From Octopus sinensis (Eukaryota), in contig NC_042997.1 in the NCBI RefSeq assembly GCF_006345805.1, forward strand, positions 41,168,001 through 41,232,000: DNA of 64,000 nucleotides, written 5' to 3'. Each line of letters starts with the position of its first letter. Positions within the stretch are counted from its first letter, which is position 1. Shown here in pieces: positions 1-11,740 of the stretch. Both the position numbers and the translations under genes were made by a program. The notes under the pieces are model-generated. The model did not search any database, was not told where the DNA came from, and saw nothing but the letters and a program-made list of their open reading frames with translations.

Positions 1-255
1 ATCTGAAAAGTACCAGCATTAACCAGGGGTTAACATTGCGACAGACTGGTATCCTGTTCAGTCGGGTGTGTTGTATCCTTGTGTGTTGAAATACGTTCGA
101 TACCGAGATATACTGGGGTCCTAATGAGCCTGTAGATCAGGCAGAGAATTTAGCTGAGAAAATACTTTAATGTAGACATTCAGGCATGCGCAGTCAAGTG
201 TTTGTGTAACGTTTATGGACTGAAAGTCGATATGAATATGACAAAAAAAGAAATA

Positions 256-790
256 CCGTATTTTCCGGTGTATAAGCCGCTATTTTTTACCTGGGAAATT
301 TAGTGTGCCGCTTAGAGAAAGGTGCGCCTAATGTGTGTAACTTTTTTTATAAATTCCAGGAGGAAAATAATTTGTGTATGGAGATCGAATGATTCCACTG
401 ATTTTTTCGGAGGAAAGGTCGGTCGATGAAAGACTATTGCTACAGTACATTGATGCCTGGAAAAAAACAAAGCACGTTTATTTTGTTTTACCTTCATGTT
501 TTGATAATGTTTTTTTTTTATCCAATAAAGAATTTAATAGTGACGGAATGTGTTTGTTGCTGATTATAGTAAGATAAAATCAAAAAATCAACAATACATC
601 TCATAGATGAAGAATAAAACATTTTGAAACTACATACACATCAACAATAACAAAGCTAGCTGCGGACCCGTGGTTCCATAAGTCTTTATAAAACACCGGT
701 AGGCTTTATGTGCGGATAAAACCATAATTTTCCCCAAAATTCGGCTGAGCGGCTTCAATGCCGACGCGTTTTATAGACCGGAAAATATGG
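256..790. mobile_element. Non-autonomous Tc1/mariner-superfamily (Tc2/pogo-like) MITE, 535 bp
   Basis: Left end CCGTATTTTCCGGTGTATAA; right end reverse-complements to CCATATTTTCCGGTCTATAA; TA on both flanks (254-255, 791-792); no transposase ORF. Confidence 0.8.
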
Positions 791-967
791 TACTTAGTTT
801 CTTGATTGGATTGTAGCTGTTTGTGAAATGTTTATTACTGGATTAAGTTCATTGCTGGATTATTGGCAGTTGAAAGACCTGAGTACAAATGAGTACAAAT
901 CTAATCCCCTAGATATATCTTGCAAAATTTCGACTTTTTACTGGAATTATTTATATTATTTATATTT

Positions 968-1151
968 GATCTTGTTTGGTGTTAACACAACATTTTCGAC
1001 TGATACACCCTCCAGCCTTCTTCAGGTGTCTTGGGGACAATTTCGAACCTGGATTTTCATTGTTATTATTATTGTTCAGGTTAGTGCTTGGAATCGAACT
1101 CGGAATCTTGGTGTTAGTAGCCCGCGCTCTTAAAAACTACGCCATATGCCC
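968..1151 (-). mobile_element. Composite terminal unit of the Penelope-like element: tRNA-like head + (AAT)n + hammerhead motif
   Basis: Minus strand reads GGGCATATGGCGTAG...GAGTTCGATTCC (B box 1090-1101), then AACAATAATAATAAC, then GACAC CTGAAGA A GGCTG..CAGTC GAAA; it abuts the 3' end of the PLE endonuclease region; the same unit recurs at 51794-52368. Confidence 0.75.
984..1030 (-). ncRNA. Minimal type-I hammerhead ribozyme motif, degenerate stem III
   Basis: GACAC-CUGAAGA-A-GGCUG-loop-CAGUC-GAAA-AU-GUU-GUGUU; core, stem I and stem II present; stem III mutated relative to the 52275 copy. Confidence 0.55.
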
Positions 1152-2520
1152 ATAGGCAATTATGGAGTGAATTTTAGGGCTTATAAATCTAATATTTTTC
1201 TATCCTTCCTTAATACCGGTTCTCATATGCTGCTCATATCTGCACTCTGTCTGCTTAGGGGGTTGTTGTGTCTTAGCTGCTTCTTTTAGTTTTCGTATTT
1301 TCCAGTTGTGTTCTCTGTCTATTATTTTAACTTCATCCTACAGGGGGAGGTGGTCTCCATTTTTCCATACATGATCAGCTATACCCGATTTATCAATATC
1401 TCCTCGTGAGGGGGCGGCATGTGTCGCCTTTGTATAACCTACCACAACTGCATGGGATGGAGTACACGCAGTCTTTGGTCAAATTCTCTTCTATTGGTGG
1501 TTTTACTCAAAGGATTTATTTGCGAAGTGTTGTAGTACTCTTGAATACTGTCCTGATGTCATATGGGCCGCATATCTTTCGTATCTTTTCGGAGAGGCCT
1601 TTCACATAGGGTAGACAGACTTTAGACAGTTTATTGGCCTTATCCTCTCTTTTCTTCATAACTGGAGTGGATAGTATACTTTTGTGGTAGTTGTTGCTTA
1701 ACAGATCGTTATTGAGCTTGGTGTTATCACGATCGCTACTTATATTTTTTGCACGATGTTTTAGGCACTGAGCAATCCCTCCCTTTACACAGTATGAATG
1801 GTAGGAATTGAAGTTGAAGTATCGTCCGGTAAAGGTCGGCTTGCGGTATACGGATGTCCTGAATCCATACTTGGTGCGTGTTATTAATACGTCCAAGAAT
1901 GCCAACTGATTGTCTGTTTCCTTTTCCATTGTTAACTGTATGGGTGGCTCTATTGACTTCACATGATCTAACAGCACTTGGACATCTTCCTGGTGGGGCC
2001 AGAGTATAAAGGTGTCATTAACATATAGTAGCCATGGTGTTGGTGTTAGTGATGTTGATCCTAAAGCCAAATTCTCAATGTATTCCATGTATATTGGCTA
2101 TTACCGGTGATAATGGCGAACCCATAGCTAAACCCTCTTCTTGTCGATAAATATCAGTGTCCATACTGAAGTAGGTAGTTTCTACACAGAAGGTCAACAT
2201 TTCCATCAAGTTTCTTATTGGTATACTAGTGCGTTCGTTTAGATGGGTGTCTGTCACTAGTTTTTCTTGTATCACCGATAGTGCTTCACCAGTTGGGACT
2301 TTGGTGAACAGACTTATCACATCTAGACTCAGCATCTGGTTGGATTCAATGGGGGTGTCCTTGATCAATTCTGTGAAGTAGGTGGAATTCTTCACGTACG
2401 CTGTTGACTTTCCTGTTAATGGACTGATTATATCCACAAAGAAGCGGCTCAGTGTTTTTTGTGGAATGTTTAAAATAACTGATAAAATCACAGCCTCTCC
2501 AGGCGCTATTTGAACTTAGA
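1152..2520 (-). mobile_element. Penelope-like element (RT + GIY-YIG endonuclease), 5'-truncated and frameshifted
   Basis: ORF 2075-2491 has LDVISLFTKVP and GLAMGSPLSPVIANI; ORF 1516-2088 has YVNDTF, LAFLDV, VYRKPT and LPYVKGLSEKI; downstream minus-strand CVYSIPCSCGRLYKGDT is GIY-YIG-like. Confidence 0.9.
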
Positions 2521-2689
2521 CTGTAGTATTCCAGTATTACATCTAAAAAACGAAGATAGCCACAAGTCAGATTAAACCCTTTATTTAACAAATTTAAAGC
2601 TTACATTGATATCATGAAATTAGAAATAGGAAAGAATATCAATAAAGCTTGAAATCAAATGAAACTAAAAAGGCATCGGAGGGGCGATG

Positions 2690-3030
2690 CATACGCTACA
2701 CGCAGTTAATCATTTTTGTGGTCTTGGTCAGCTTATTGTTGTCCCATGCCCGTTTGGAGAGTTGGGCCATCACAGCAGCTGCCTTGCCTATGTGTATATT
2801 GAGCTCGACGGTAGAGCCAAGATAGGTAAACTGCTCCACCTCCTGTAGTCTGTGGTCTCCAATATGTATGTTTGGGATGTCCGATATAGCCTGAACCATG
2901 ATGCTGGTCTTCTTGAGGCTGATAACTAAGCCAAAGTCACTACATGCTTGCTCAAAACAGTTGATGAACCTTTGTAGGACTTCTTCTGTATGTGATACCA
3001 GAGCGGCATCATCAGCAAACTTAGTGATGA
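2690..3030 (-). mobile_element. RTE-clade LINE reverse-transcriptase fragment
   Basis: ORF 2696-2899 VEQFTYLGSTV...IGKAAAVMAQLSKRAWDN; FADDAAL motif near 3005-3025. Confidence 0.75.
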
Positions 3031-3031
3031 G

Positions 3032-4960
3032 GTGAGGCTGTTTAATGAACGCATCTTGAAATCAGTGAGGAAAACGATTGGCTTGAAGGCGGTTGGGATG
3101 TCAAACGAGTGCTGGAGAACGTGTGAAATTGTCAAAGCAGGAAAAGAAAGGGATGCTATCCGCGAAAGAGTGGGGATTCACAGAAATGAGTTCCGGGTGC
3201 AAGATGAGAAATTGAAAGGGTTGATCAAAGAAAGAAAGCTGGAGATTTGGCAAAGGAAGGTAATATCTATGAAAGGAACAACACAAATGTGGAGAGTTCT
3301 GCGCAGTCTGACTAACCCATGTAGAGAAGACCCAGCAGGAATAATCACAGAGGCAGTGAAAAAGTATGTTACTCATCTTGAGAAGGCGAATGGTTTTGTG
3401 AGGTACTACCAGTCTGCAAGTTCCCTCAAGATTATACAAAGAAGACAGAGGCATGAAAGGTATAACAAATGGTTTTCTCAATAAGCACCAAGATGATCTG
3501 AAATAGGCAAAGAGTTCACTAAAAGCGAGATCACAGCAGCAATCAATAGTCTGAATCCTTCCAAAGCAGCGGGTCCAGATTATATTCACCCACACCTTCT
3601 GTATCACATTGGGAGCAATGCCCTAAAAGCTCTAACAGACATCTACAACAAGTCCTGGGCCTCACTCCAAGTCCCGCAGGAATGGCGCAATGCAGACGTA
3701 TGGCCTATGCTCAACCTGGGGAAAATCCCGAACCAATTTTCCAGTTATAGGCCGATCTCGCTTACCTCAGTAGTGGGAAAGGTGATGGATTGTGGTACAT
3801 CATAGAAAGTTACAGGCTCTTAACCGAAGATCAAGCAGGTTTTAGGCCGAGAAGGAGTACCGAAGATCAACTCCTCAGATTGTCCCAGAAGATTAATGAT
3901 GGCTTCCAACAGAAACCAATGGCAAGAATGGTGACGGCATTGATTGATTTCTCAGAAGCATATGATGGGGTTTGGTGGGATGCTTTAATCAATAAGATGG
4001 CAAAGAAGGGAATGCGAATACATATCATCAGAAGGACCCACGTGTGGCTGGCAAACAGAATGAACTGGGTTTCGTATGAGGGCAAGCGAAGCAAGAAGCT
4101 GGTATTCAAGCAAGGTGTACCTCAGGGTTCGGTGCTTTCTCCGCTACTTTTCCTGCTCTACATTGATGACTTGGCCGATGAAATGCAAGACCTTAGCATA
4201 AGCATTTTTGCTGATGATGTGGCTTTGTGGAAACAGCACCCAAGCTTGGCTATTGCAGAAAAGGCATTACAAGGCAGGTTAAACAGATTGGCAGAGACGC
4301 GTGCTAAGTGGAAAATGACGATTTCCGTCCCAAAGTCAGAATGTACCTTCTTCTCGACCAACTCACATGAAGCAAGCTGGAGACCTAACCTAGAGCTAGA
4401 AGGCAACCAGTTGAGTTACAACCCAACCCCAAAGTTTCTCAGGGTCACATACGACCATCAACTCACCTTTACCGCCCATACAAACATTGTTTGCAACAAG
4501 GTGAAGTGACAGGCCACAGCTATATGCAGATTGGCAAATACAGATTGGGGATATGATAAGGAAACTCTTCAAGCTACCTATATCACAGTAAGAAAATCCA
4601 TTATTGAGTATGCAGCGCTACCTTGGACGCCTTGGATCTCGAACACAGCCATGGAGAAATTGGAGGCGAACCAGCGGTATGCCGGTCGGGCTATTACTGG
4701 TCACGTGCACACCACATCCACGGGAGGTGATGTTGGCCAAAGCAAACCTACCTCTGATTGCAACTCGTACAACCCAGCTAAGCGTTATCACTCTGGAGAA
4801 GTCATATCAAGTCGGCCAAGATAACCCTCGCCAGTTAATTGCGGAAAGGGAAATTCAACAGTGAACGAAGAGTTGGAGAGAGAAAGCCAAGGAATCATGG
4901 TCCTCCCGATTCGAGGAAAGCAAGCCACAAAAGCTGACCATAAACATCACTGAAATATTA
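3032..4960 (+). mobile_element. I-group/Ingi-like LINE RT region, degenerate
   Basis: KAAGPDYI, YRPISLTSVVGK, QAGFRPRRSTEDQ, IDFSEAYDGVW, GVPQGSVLSPLLFLLYIDDL, FADDVAL and PKFLRVTYD, spread over broken ORFs. Confidence 0.8.
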
Positions 4961-5035
4961 AAACATTGTTATCACGGTAAGATTCATTATAGCAATATTA
5001 ACTCTTACATGCTAATGTAAGAGTTATCATTATTA

Positions 5036-5070
<35 letters not shown>

Positions 5071-5073
<3 letters not shown>

Positions 5074-5930
5074 CATGTGGTAGTTTCAGGCAAATTTCTA
5101 CTACATCATCTGCTACACCCACGTGTTACTGAGGTGTGTGCAGCATTGTGTGTTCTTTTTTGTGGTTGGGAGAGTGCAAACTCTCTCCAGTATTGTACTG
5201 TACCAGTTTCTTTTCTTATGGGATCTGGTTGCAGTCTTTTGTTGTATAAGTGTTTGTATTGTGCATGTAATTCGAGTTGTGTATCCAGTCTTCTGATGGT
5301 TGTTTATTTTATTGGATATTTGTTATATGGAATGTGTCTTGTGTTTATAGAGTGTTTTATTTGGGTTGTATTACTAAATTAATAGTGCCTCGCTGTTTCT
5401 AGCAGGGTTATTTTTTGGATAGTATATGGTATTGAGGATCCTGGCATATTTTTTTCATATGTTTTCTTTTTCCGTATCATGGCCACTACTCCAATCATTA
5501 CAAGTGTTGTTTTCAACTTCATGCCCCACATCTTGAATACTCCAATTTCCATGTCTTTGTACTTTGACAATTTCTCCACTTCTTTTTGAGAAGCATTTTG
5601 GTCAGAAGGGACTGCAATGTCTATTAGGAAGTTGGTGATTTTTTTGTTTTCCAATAGTTTAGTATTGTGTCTGGGTGATTATCTGTTATTTCTTTGTCGG
5701 TTTGAACCGGCATATTCCAGATGATTGTGGCCTGGCCATTGTCTTGTACCTTGTTTGGCACATGTTTATACCATTTATTGTCAGTTGTTATGTTGTAGTG
5801 TTGGCATATTGTCCAGCGGATATAACTATTTACTTGGTCATGTCTGTATATGTATGTATTCAGATACTGGAAGCCGAATGTGTCTTTTCTGGCACCTCAA
5901 TCACTCAGAGACAGAGTTAGCAAGCTAGCC
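5071..5930 (-). mobile_element. R4/Dong-like REL-endonuclease LINE, 3' fragment
   Basis: ORF 5379-5654 LIDIAVPSDQN..KEVEKLSKYKDME is PD-(D/E)xK REL-like; 3' end abuts (ATT)n at about 5025-5070. Confidence 0.8.
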
Positions 5931-7079
5931 CATTGGAGGTTGTTGGGTGTAATCGTCCACAGCTATTTGAGAGGAGGCGTTAATGTTTAGTAAAAGAATA
6001 GAGTTAGAGGTGCTTAGAAGAAGCATAGCGACCGACTTGCTGGTGGCAAGATTGGCTTTTGATCAATTCTTCAATGCCAAGCATGAAGGTTGTGTTCTCA
6101 TAGCAAGGGTGCATGAACTAAGACACAAGGGAATGAAATCAGTTTGATGAGCCCAGGCGACAGAGGTGCAATGTGGCAGCAGCAAGGCCACAATTCAGTC
6201 TTTGACGAGACAGGACAGGTACATGCTGCAAGAAACCAGGCGGGTGTGTTTGGAACTGTGCGGAGCATGCAGTGAGTCAGAGACAGGGGTGGATTTCACT
6301 GCTTCCCTTCATAGTAAGTCACTCCTTTCGCCCAGGGATGAAGAGTTCTGCAAAATGCCAATAACAGCTGAAGACACATGGGATGCGATCACAAGCTGCA
6401 CAAGGGAGTGGATGGTCTACCATTTGTCAGACTTCTTCTTGGCAGTTGTCTACCACAAATGGCAGCAGAACAAGAGAATTCTCAATACTGTGAGCTATGT
6501 GGTACAGTGATACTGCTGAGAAAGAACCTGAACAAGGTGGTCCAAGTAGACAATTTTAGGATTGTAGCTCGACTGAAAGCAGATTACAAGATTTAAAAGT
6601 GAAAGTGTTAGGCATGAGGTTAGTGATGGTTATCGATATGACTAGATTGCTGACATCCTGGTATGTGCTATGCCAAACAGACGACCTATTCATGACAACC
6701 TCCACCTCAAACGCTACAGCATAGAGAGGCTGGGTAAGGAACCTGGCATGGGTGGGGCTTTTGACTTGTTCAAGTTCCACTAGAAAAGGAGATTGAGGGA
6801 GGAGAGGGAAATGCTGCTCCCCAGTATTTATGTTGAAAGAGGAGTGAATGTGGCAAAGATAACCCATATGAATGGATCAACTCTGAACATGGAATTGAAG
6901 AGAGAGGCACCTGCTAACATGCACTTGGCAGTCAGGATGACCAGGATGTGTGGGGTTCCTTGGTTGGCCCTGAGTGAAACTCCTCCTCTGAGGGATTTGA
7001 TTGATTTTTTGCTGTTATTTCTTCTTGTTTTTTGAGTATCCACATATTTTTATGCTAAGACCCACTCGTCTCTTATTTT

Positions 7080-7818
7080 GTATTGTCCATTTTTGTTTTG
7101 TGTTCAGCCCTGGTGGCCAAAAGAAAATTATACGCAAGCAGCCATCTCAGTCATGTCAGGGTCACCAATTTTTTAATTAGATTGTTTGTTATGATGTGTT
7201 ACTTTTATGGGGCTACATGTTTAAATGCCTTTTTTTGTTGGAGCTCCTGGAGTCTTGCATGTGTAGCAGGCTTGCTGTCTGCAGCCTATGGTATCATGTT
7301 ATTTGTTCCTTTCAGCTATCTAATACTTCCCTGATTATTCTGGTTGTGCCAAGGAGGCAAACCTTTTGTAACAATTCTACTGGGCACTCTATTCCAATTT
7401 CCTTTATATTCCTCTTGATGCCTTCTGGTATTGTCCCCAAGGACCCAACAATAATTGGCACTATCTTCACCTTCTTCATTTTCCATAGCCGGGCTATTTC
7501 GTACTTAAGAGGGTTGTATCTATGTATCTATCTTTTCGCCTTCCTGGTTGACTGTTCATGAGTCAAAGGGGCATGCACTGTCAACTGTATAGCATATGTG
7601 ATGCATCTTGTTGACCACCATTAGGTCTGATCTGTTATGCTCTGATCTGTTTGGATTGGGAAATCCCAGAGGAATTTGCTGGTCTCTGACTCCACCACTC
7701 TTTCTGGTTTGTGCTCATATCATGTCTTGCCTCTCTCTAGCCTCCACTTTGTGCACAGTTTCCAATGTAGCACTTCCAATACCTGGTCATGTCACCACAA
7801 CTTGTAGTGGTTTGGGGC

Positions 7819-7820
<2 letters not shown>
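7080..7820 (-). mobile_element. R4/Dong-like LINE remnant
   Basis: Nucleotide similarity to the 3' coding end of the other copies (IVPIIVGSLG..., LGTTRII); 5' junction adjoins (TTA)n at about 7823-7853. Confidence 0.5.
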
Positions 7821-7857
<37 letters not shown>

Positions 7858-7865
7858 GATTGGGT

Positions 7866-8250
7866 GTTGGGCTGTCAGAAACACTAAAATACTGGCAAAT
7901 GCTTAGCAGCATTTCATCCATCTTTAAACTCTGACTTCAAATTCTGCTAAGGCTGACATTACCTATCATCCTTTCGGAGCCTATAAAATAAGTACCAGTC
8001 GAGTACTGGAGTCCATGTAATTGACTATTCCTCTAAAATTTCAGGCCTTGTGCCCAGAGTAGAAACAACTACTACTACAACTATGATGATGGTGATAACG
8101 TCAACGAGTTCAAATTCCAACAGGGTTGACTCCATCTTTCATTCTTTCAGGGCCAATAAAAGAAGTACCAGTCAGACACTAGAGGGGGAAGCACGATTAA
8201 CTTGTCTCCTCTGCCAACATTTCAGGCCTTGTGCCTAGAGTAGAAAGGAT
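7866..8250 (+). mobile_element. Two degenerate tRNA-derived SINE copies
   Basis: B-box-like GACTTCAAATTC and GAGTTCAAATTCC; shared core ATAAGTACCAGT and tail TTTCAGGCCTTGTGCC. Confidence 0.65.
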
Positions 8251-8399
8251 TATCCTTACTATGATGATGTTACTTTGCTTTTGTACGAACTGAGTTCAAA
8301 TCTCACCTGACGACCCCAAGAGACAGCAGGTTACAATTTCAAGTGGGCATTAGGAATAGGAGGGTTGATAACTGTCATATTCTTTGGGGGAAAAAAGGG

Positions 8400-9660
8400 G
8401 TTAAATAAGAAGATTTGGCGCTTTAATTGTCTACCTTGGGTTTATAAGGATTCTTTTAGAACATGTGCTTTTGATAATATGTGGAAAAAGATTGTTTTGG
8501 AGTTATAGAGACACTATTTTTCACAGAATCTGAGCAGTCTCCATCAGGACTATTTGCTTGAATTTCTTCCATTTTTGAATTCCTTGGGATTTGAGACAGG
8601 TAATAACCAGCCCTTTTCATTATTATTCATAAAGCACCTGCAACCATGGATATTGTTCTAGTCTTGAATTTCCACATTTTGCCAATTTCTATTGCAAAAT
8701 CTTTGTATGTGGTCAAATTTTAGTAGGTCTTCACAGATACATTCACATCAATTGGGACGTATTGATGTCGTGGCATGCTTGGCATCTGAAATCCTTCAGT
8801 ATAATATCTGGTCTATTTGCATCTGTCTTTCTGTCAGTTTGAACAAAAAAGTTCCATGTGAAAAAGATATCATTTTGAAGCACTGGAGATGGTTTGTATT
8901 TCCACCAATTTCTATGATGGGGCAGGTACAATTCTTTGCACATTTTCTGGTTTGGGACTGGGTTTTGAAGTCCATAGCACTTCTATTTGATTTTGTGCTT
9001 GTCATGTTGGCAGCAGTGGGTGGTTTGTTTTCTTTGAAGGCAGAAAGCCTTTAAGTGAGTCACAGATCCACATATATAACATCTTTCATTCTTCTACAAT
9101 CCCTGACAGGTGGGTGCCACCTGGGAGGTTTATTAGGTCAGACACCTTCTCAATATATGTTTGGTCAGTGTGTATGATCAATTCCATACCGATGCCTGAC
9201 CAGTTTTGCTGCAGTATTTTCTTTTCCTTCATAATAGTCCTCTCTTCCTGCCAAAACGGAAGCTACAAACCAGGTGATGGATATTTCTGTCAGCACATTT
9301 CTCACCTTGTTAAAAGCAAGGCACTAGATGCAACAACTGGGGATTAAGAAGAGTTTTTCATTCCTCAATGTGGTCACAAAATGAAACCTGGCTTCTTCTT
9401 CAGTGCCAAATTGGACTTCAATCAAGCCAAACTTCTTTCCTCAAGTGATGTGGATCTTGTAATCCCACACATGCCCAAGATATTCTTGAATTTGGGCTTC
9501 AGTAGCCTTTTCTACCTGGCATAATTTAACTCTGATGCAGTGGTAAATAACCATGTGTCTCCAAATGTTTTCAATCACCTCGAGTGGAGGGTTCAGGGCT
9601 TCTCTTCTTCCATTTCTTTCAGGCGCCAGTTTGAAATTTTCTTTATGCAGAACTCTTCCA
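8400..9660 (-). mobile_element. R4/Dong-like LINE remnant (RT C-terminus, REL endonuclease)
   Basis: ORF 8743-8943 WNFFVQTDRKTDANRPDIILKD; many stop codons. Confidence 0.7.
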
Positions 9661-10098
9661 GATTTCTTGAAGCACTCACAAAAGAAATCTCCTTTTCAGC
9701 ATCTTTTGTTGTGGCTGTAGCTACTTTAGCAGAGGCAGTGACAGTGGAAATGGAGGTGGTGGTGGTGTTTGCATTTGTTTTGAAATTTTATTTTGTTTTT
9801 CCCTTTCTTTACACTTGTTATCAGTCGTTGTTGTTGTTACTGAAACTGTCGAATGTCTTCTTGGATTGTTGATCTGTCAAACATTTTGAAGCTGCTGACA
9901 GGTAAATGTATTACCTGTGATGTTCGTTTTGGCTGGTGTGACGTCGCTACATCAATTACTGTAGTCAGTGCTACAGCAGTATCCTCTTTCTTTTCGGACA
10001 AAGTTTCTCTCTCTCCATTCGAAAAAGACGGAAATTGAAAAACAGAATAACCAAAATGAAGACGGTAGCGAGAGTGAAGTTAATAACGGAATATTATC

Positions 10099-10331
10099 TA
10101 TTTCTTTACTATCCACAAGGGGCTAAACACAGAGAGGACAAACAAGGACAGACGAAGTGATTAAGTCGATTACATCGATCCCAGTACGTAACTGGTACTT
10201 AATTTATCGACCCCGAAAGGATGAAAGGCAAAGTCGACCTCGGTGGAATTTGAACTCAGACGTAACGGCAGACGAAATACCGCCAAATATTTCGCCCGGC
10301 GTGCTAACGGTTCTGCTAGCTCGCCGCCTTA
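10099..10331 (-). mobile_element. tRNA-derived SINE with 23-bp target-site duplication
   Basis: Minus-strand head GGCGGCGAGCTAGCAGAA and B box GAGTTCAAATTCC; flanked by GAAGTTAATAAC(G/A)GAATATTATC at 10076-10098 and 10332-10354. Confidence 0.9.
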
Positions 10332-10759
10332 GAAGTTAATAACAGAATATTATCCAGAGAAACACCAAGACAACTGTGATTGACAAAGAAGGATGTGAAG
10401 AACTGGGAGAATTATTTGGAAATAAGATCGACCCAGAAGAAGAACGCGTGGAGTCTGATGACTTGCCGCCAGTGATAGATTATGAGGACCAAATACCGTA
10501 CATAAAAGGGTACGGAAAAGCAAATTTAATGACTGATACAAAAAGGAATAAAAGAGAAAAAAGAAAAACATTTAACTAAAACATTTAAAATTTATTCTGC
10601 TTGCGAGTGGACAGCATGCATCCATTTTCACCTCCATTATTATAATTCATCCTTCGTTCGTTCGTTCAAATGTTTTATATCCCCACCGTAATGTCCTGTT
10701 AGTCCTTGTGCTGTCCCCTCTGTGTGTTATGGCCCCGTTGTGCCAAAATAAAGAATGAG

Positions 10760-10935
10760 AACTTTGTGGTATTTCGTCTGCCATTACGTTCTGAGTTCAA
10801 ATTCCGCCGAGGTCGACTTTGCCTTTCATACTTTCTGGGTCGATAAATTAAGTACCAGTTACGCACTGGGGTCCATGTATTCAACTTCATCCGTTTGTTT
10901 GTCCCCTCTATGTTGTCCCCTTGTGGGTAGTAAAG
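10760..10935 (+). mobile_element. tRNA-derived SINE, 5'-truncated
   Basis: GAGTTCAAATTCCGCCGAGGTCGACTTTGCC core and GTGGGTAGTAAAGAAA tail, same family as 13226. Confidence 0.85.
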
Positions 10936-11740
10936 AAAGAAGAAGAAAAAAAGAAATGAGACGTCATTCGGTAAATTCCGTAAATTCACTGAACGAACGC
11001 ATGGCAGAGACGTAAAGGGACCCGTCCACCCTTTTAGATAAAAAAAAAAAAAATGTTTTTATGGAATCCCACGTTTTAGGCTATGGAGATTTCCGATTTT
11101 GAAAAGAAAAACTGTTTGTAAAATTTCAATTAAAAAAAGACCAAAAAAACAGGATCCCCGGAGATTACCGCAACCCGTTCCGTTGGTCCCGAATCAGAAG
11201 ATAGTCGAAGTATGTCGCTGAGTCATTTGGGCGATATGAAGTGGTCTGGCGTTGACGGATCTATGTTTCGAGAAATTTATGGATTTACAGCGAAGAAAAG
11301 ATTCCCAGAATTTCTTATAACATTTCTCAAACCCTTTTGCCCAAGTTTATTCCCTGCTCAATTCCCAACGGACGTTTCAGTCCTTAAAACAAAAACACTT
11401 TCATTTCACTTTGTCACATATTACTCTGAAGGAAATTACTCTGAAAGAAACCTTTGCAGAAAAGAAGGTCAGTAGATTCATTCCATATTTCTTTCATTAT
11501 GTTATCGCAGTTTTGTGAGATTTGGCTGTTATTTCTAGCATAATTCCTCTGTTCATTTTCAGGCAGCGGGATGAAGGAGGGTTGCCAACTTTGTTCAGCT
11601 ACAATAAAGGACATAAAAAAAACTTTATTGATATTTAAGTGCACAAATTTCGATTCAGTTCCTAGAGATGCCAATATTTTAATATTACGTTTCGTCTCTC
11701 ACCTAAATGTAAATACAAAGACAAGAACGAGAAGACATAT

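Noticed and set aside
1085-1151. Functional tRNA gene (also 52050-52120, 63014-63080 and the SINE heads)
   Set aside because: Acceptor and T stems are imperfect and each runs into a repeat body; these are tRNA-derived heads, not tRNA genes.
5950-7020. Possible additional non-LTR RT remnant on the minus strand
   Set aside because: Only faint motif traces are present; too decayed to assign a family or boundaries without alignment.
11010-11250. Possible Kolobok-like terminus (AAAGGGACCCGTCC)
   Set aside because: No partner TIR or TTAA duplication was found.
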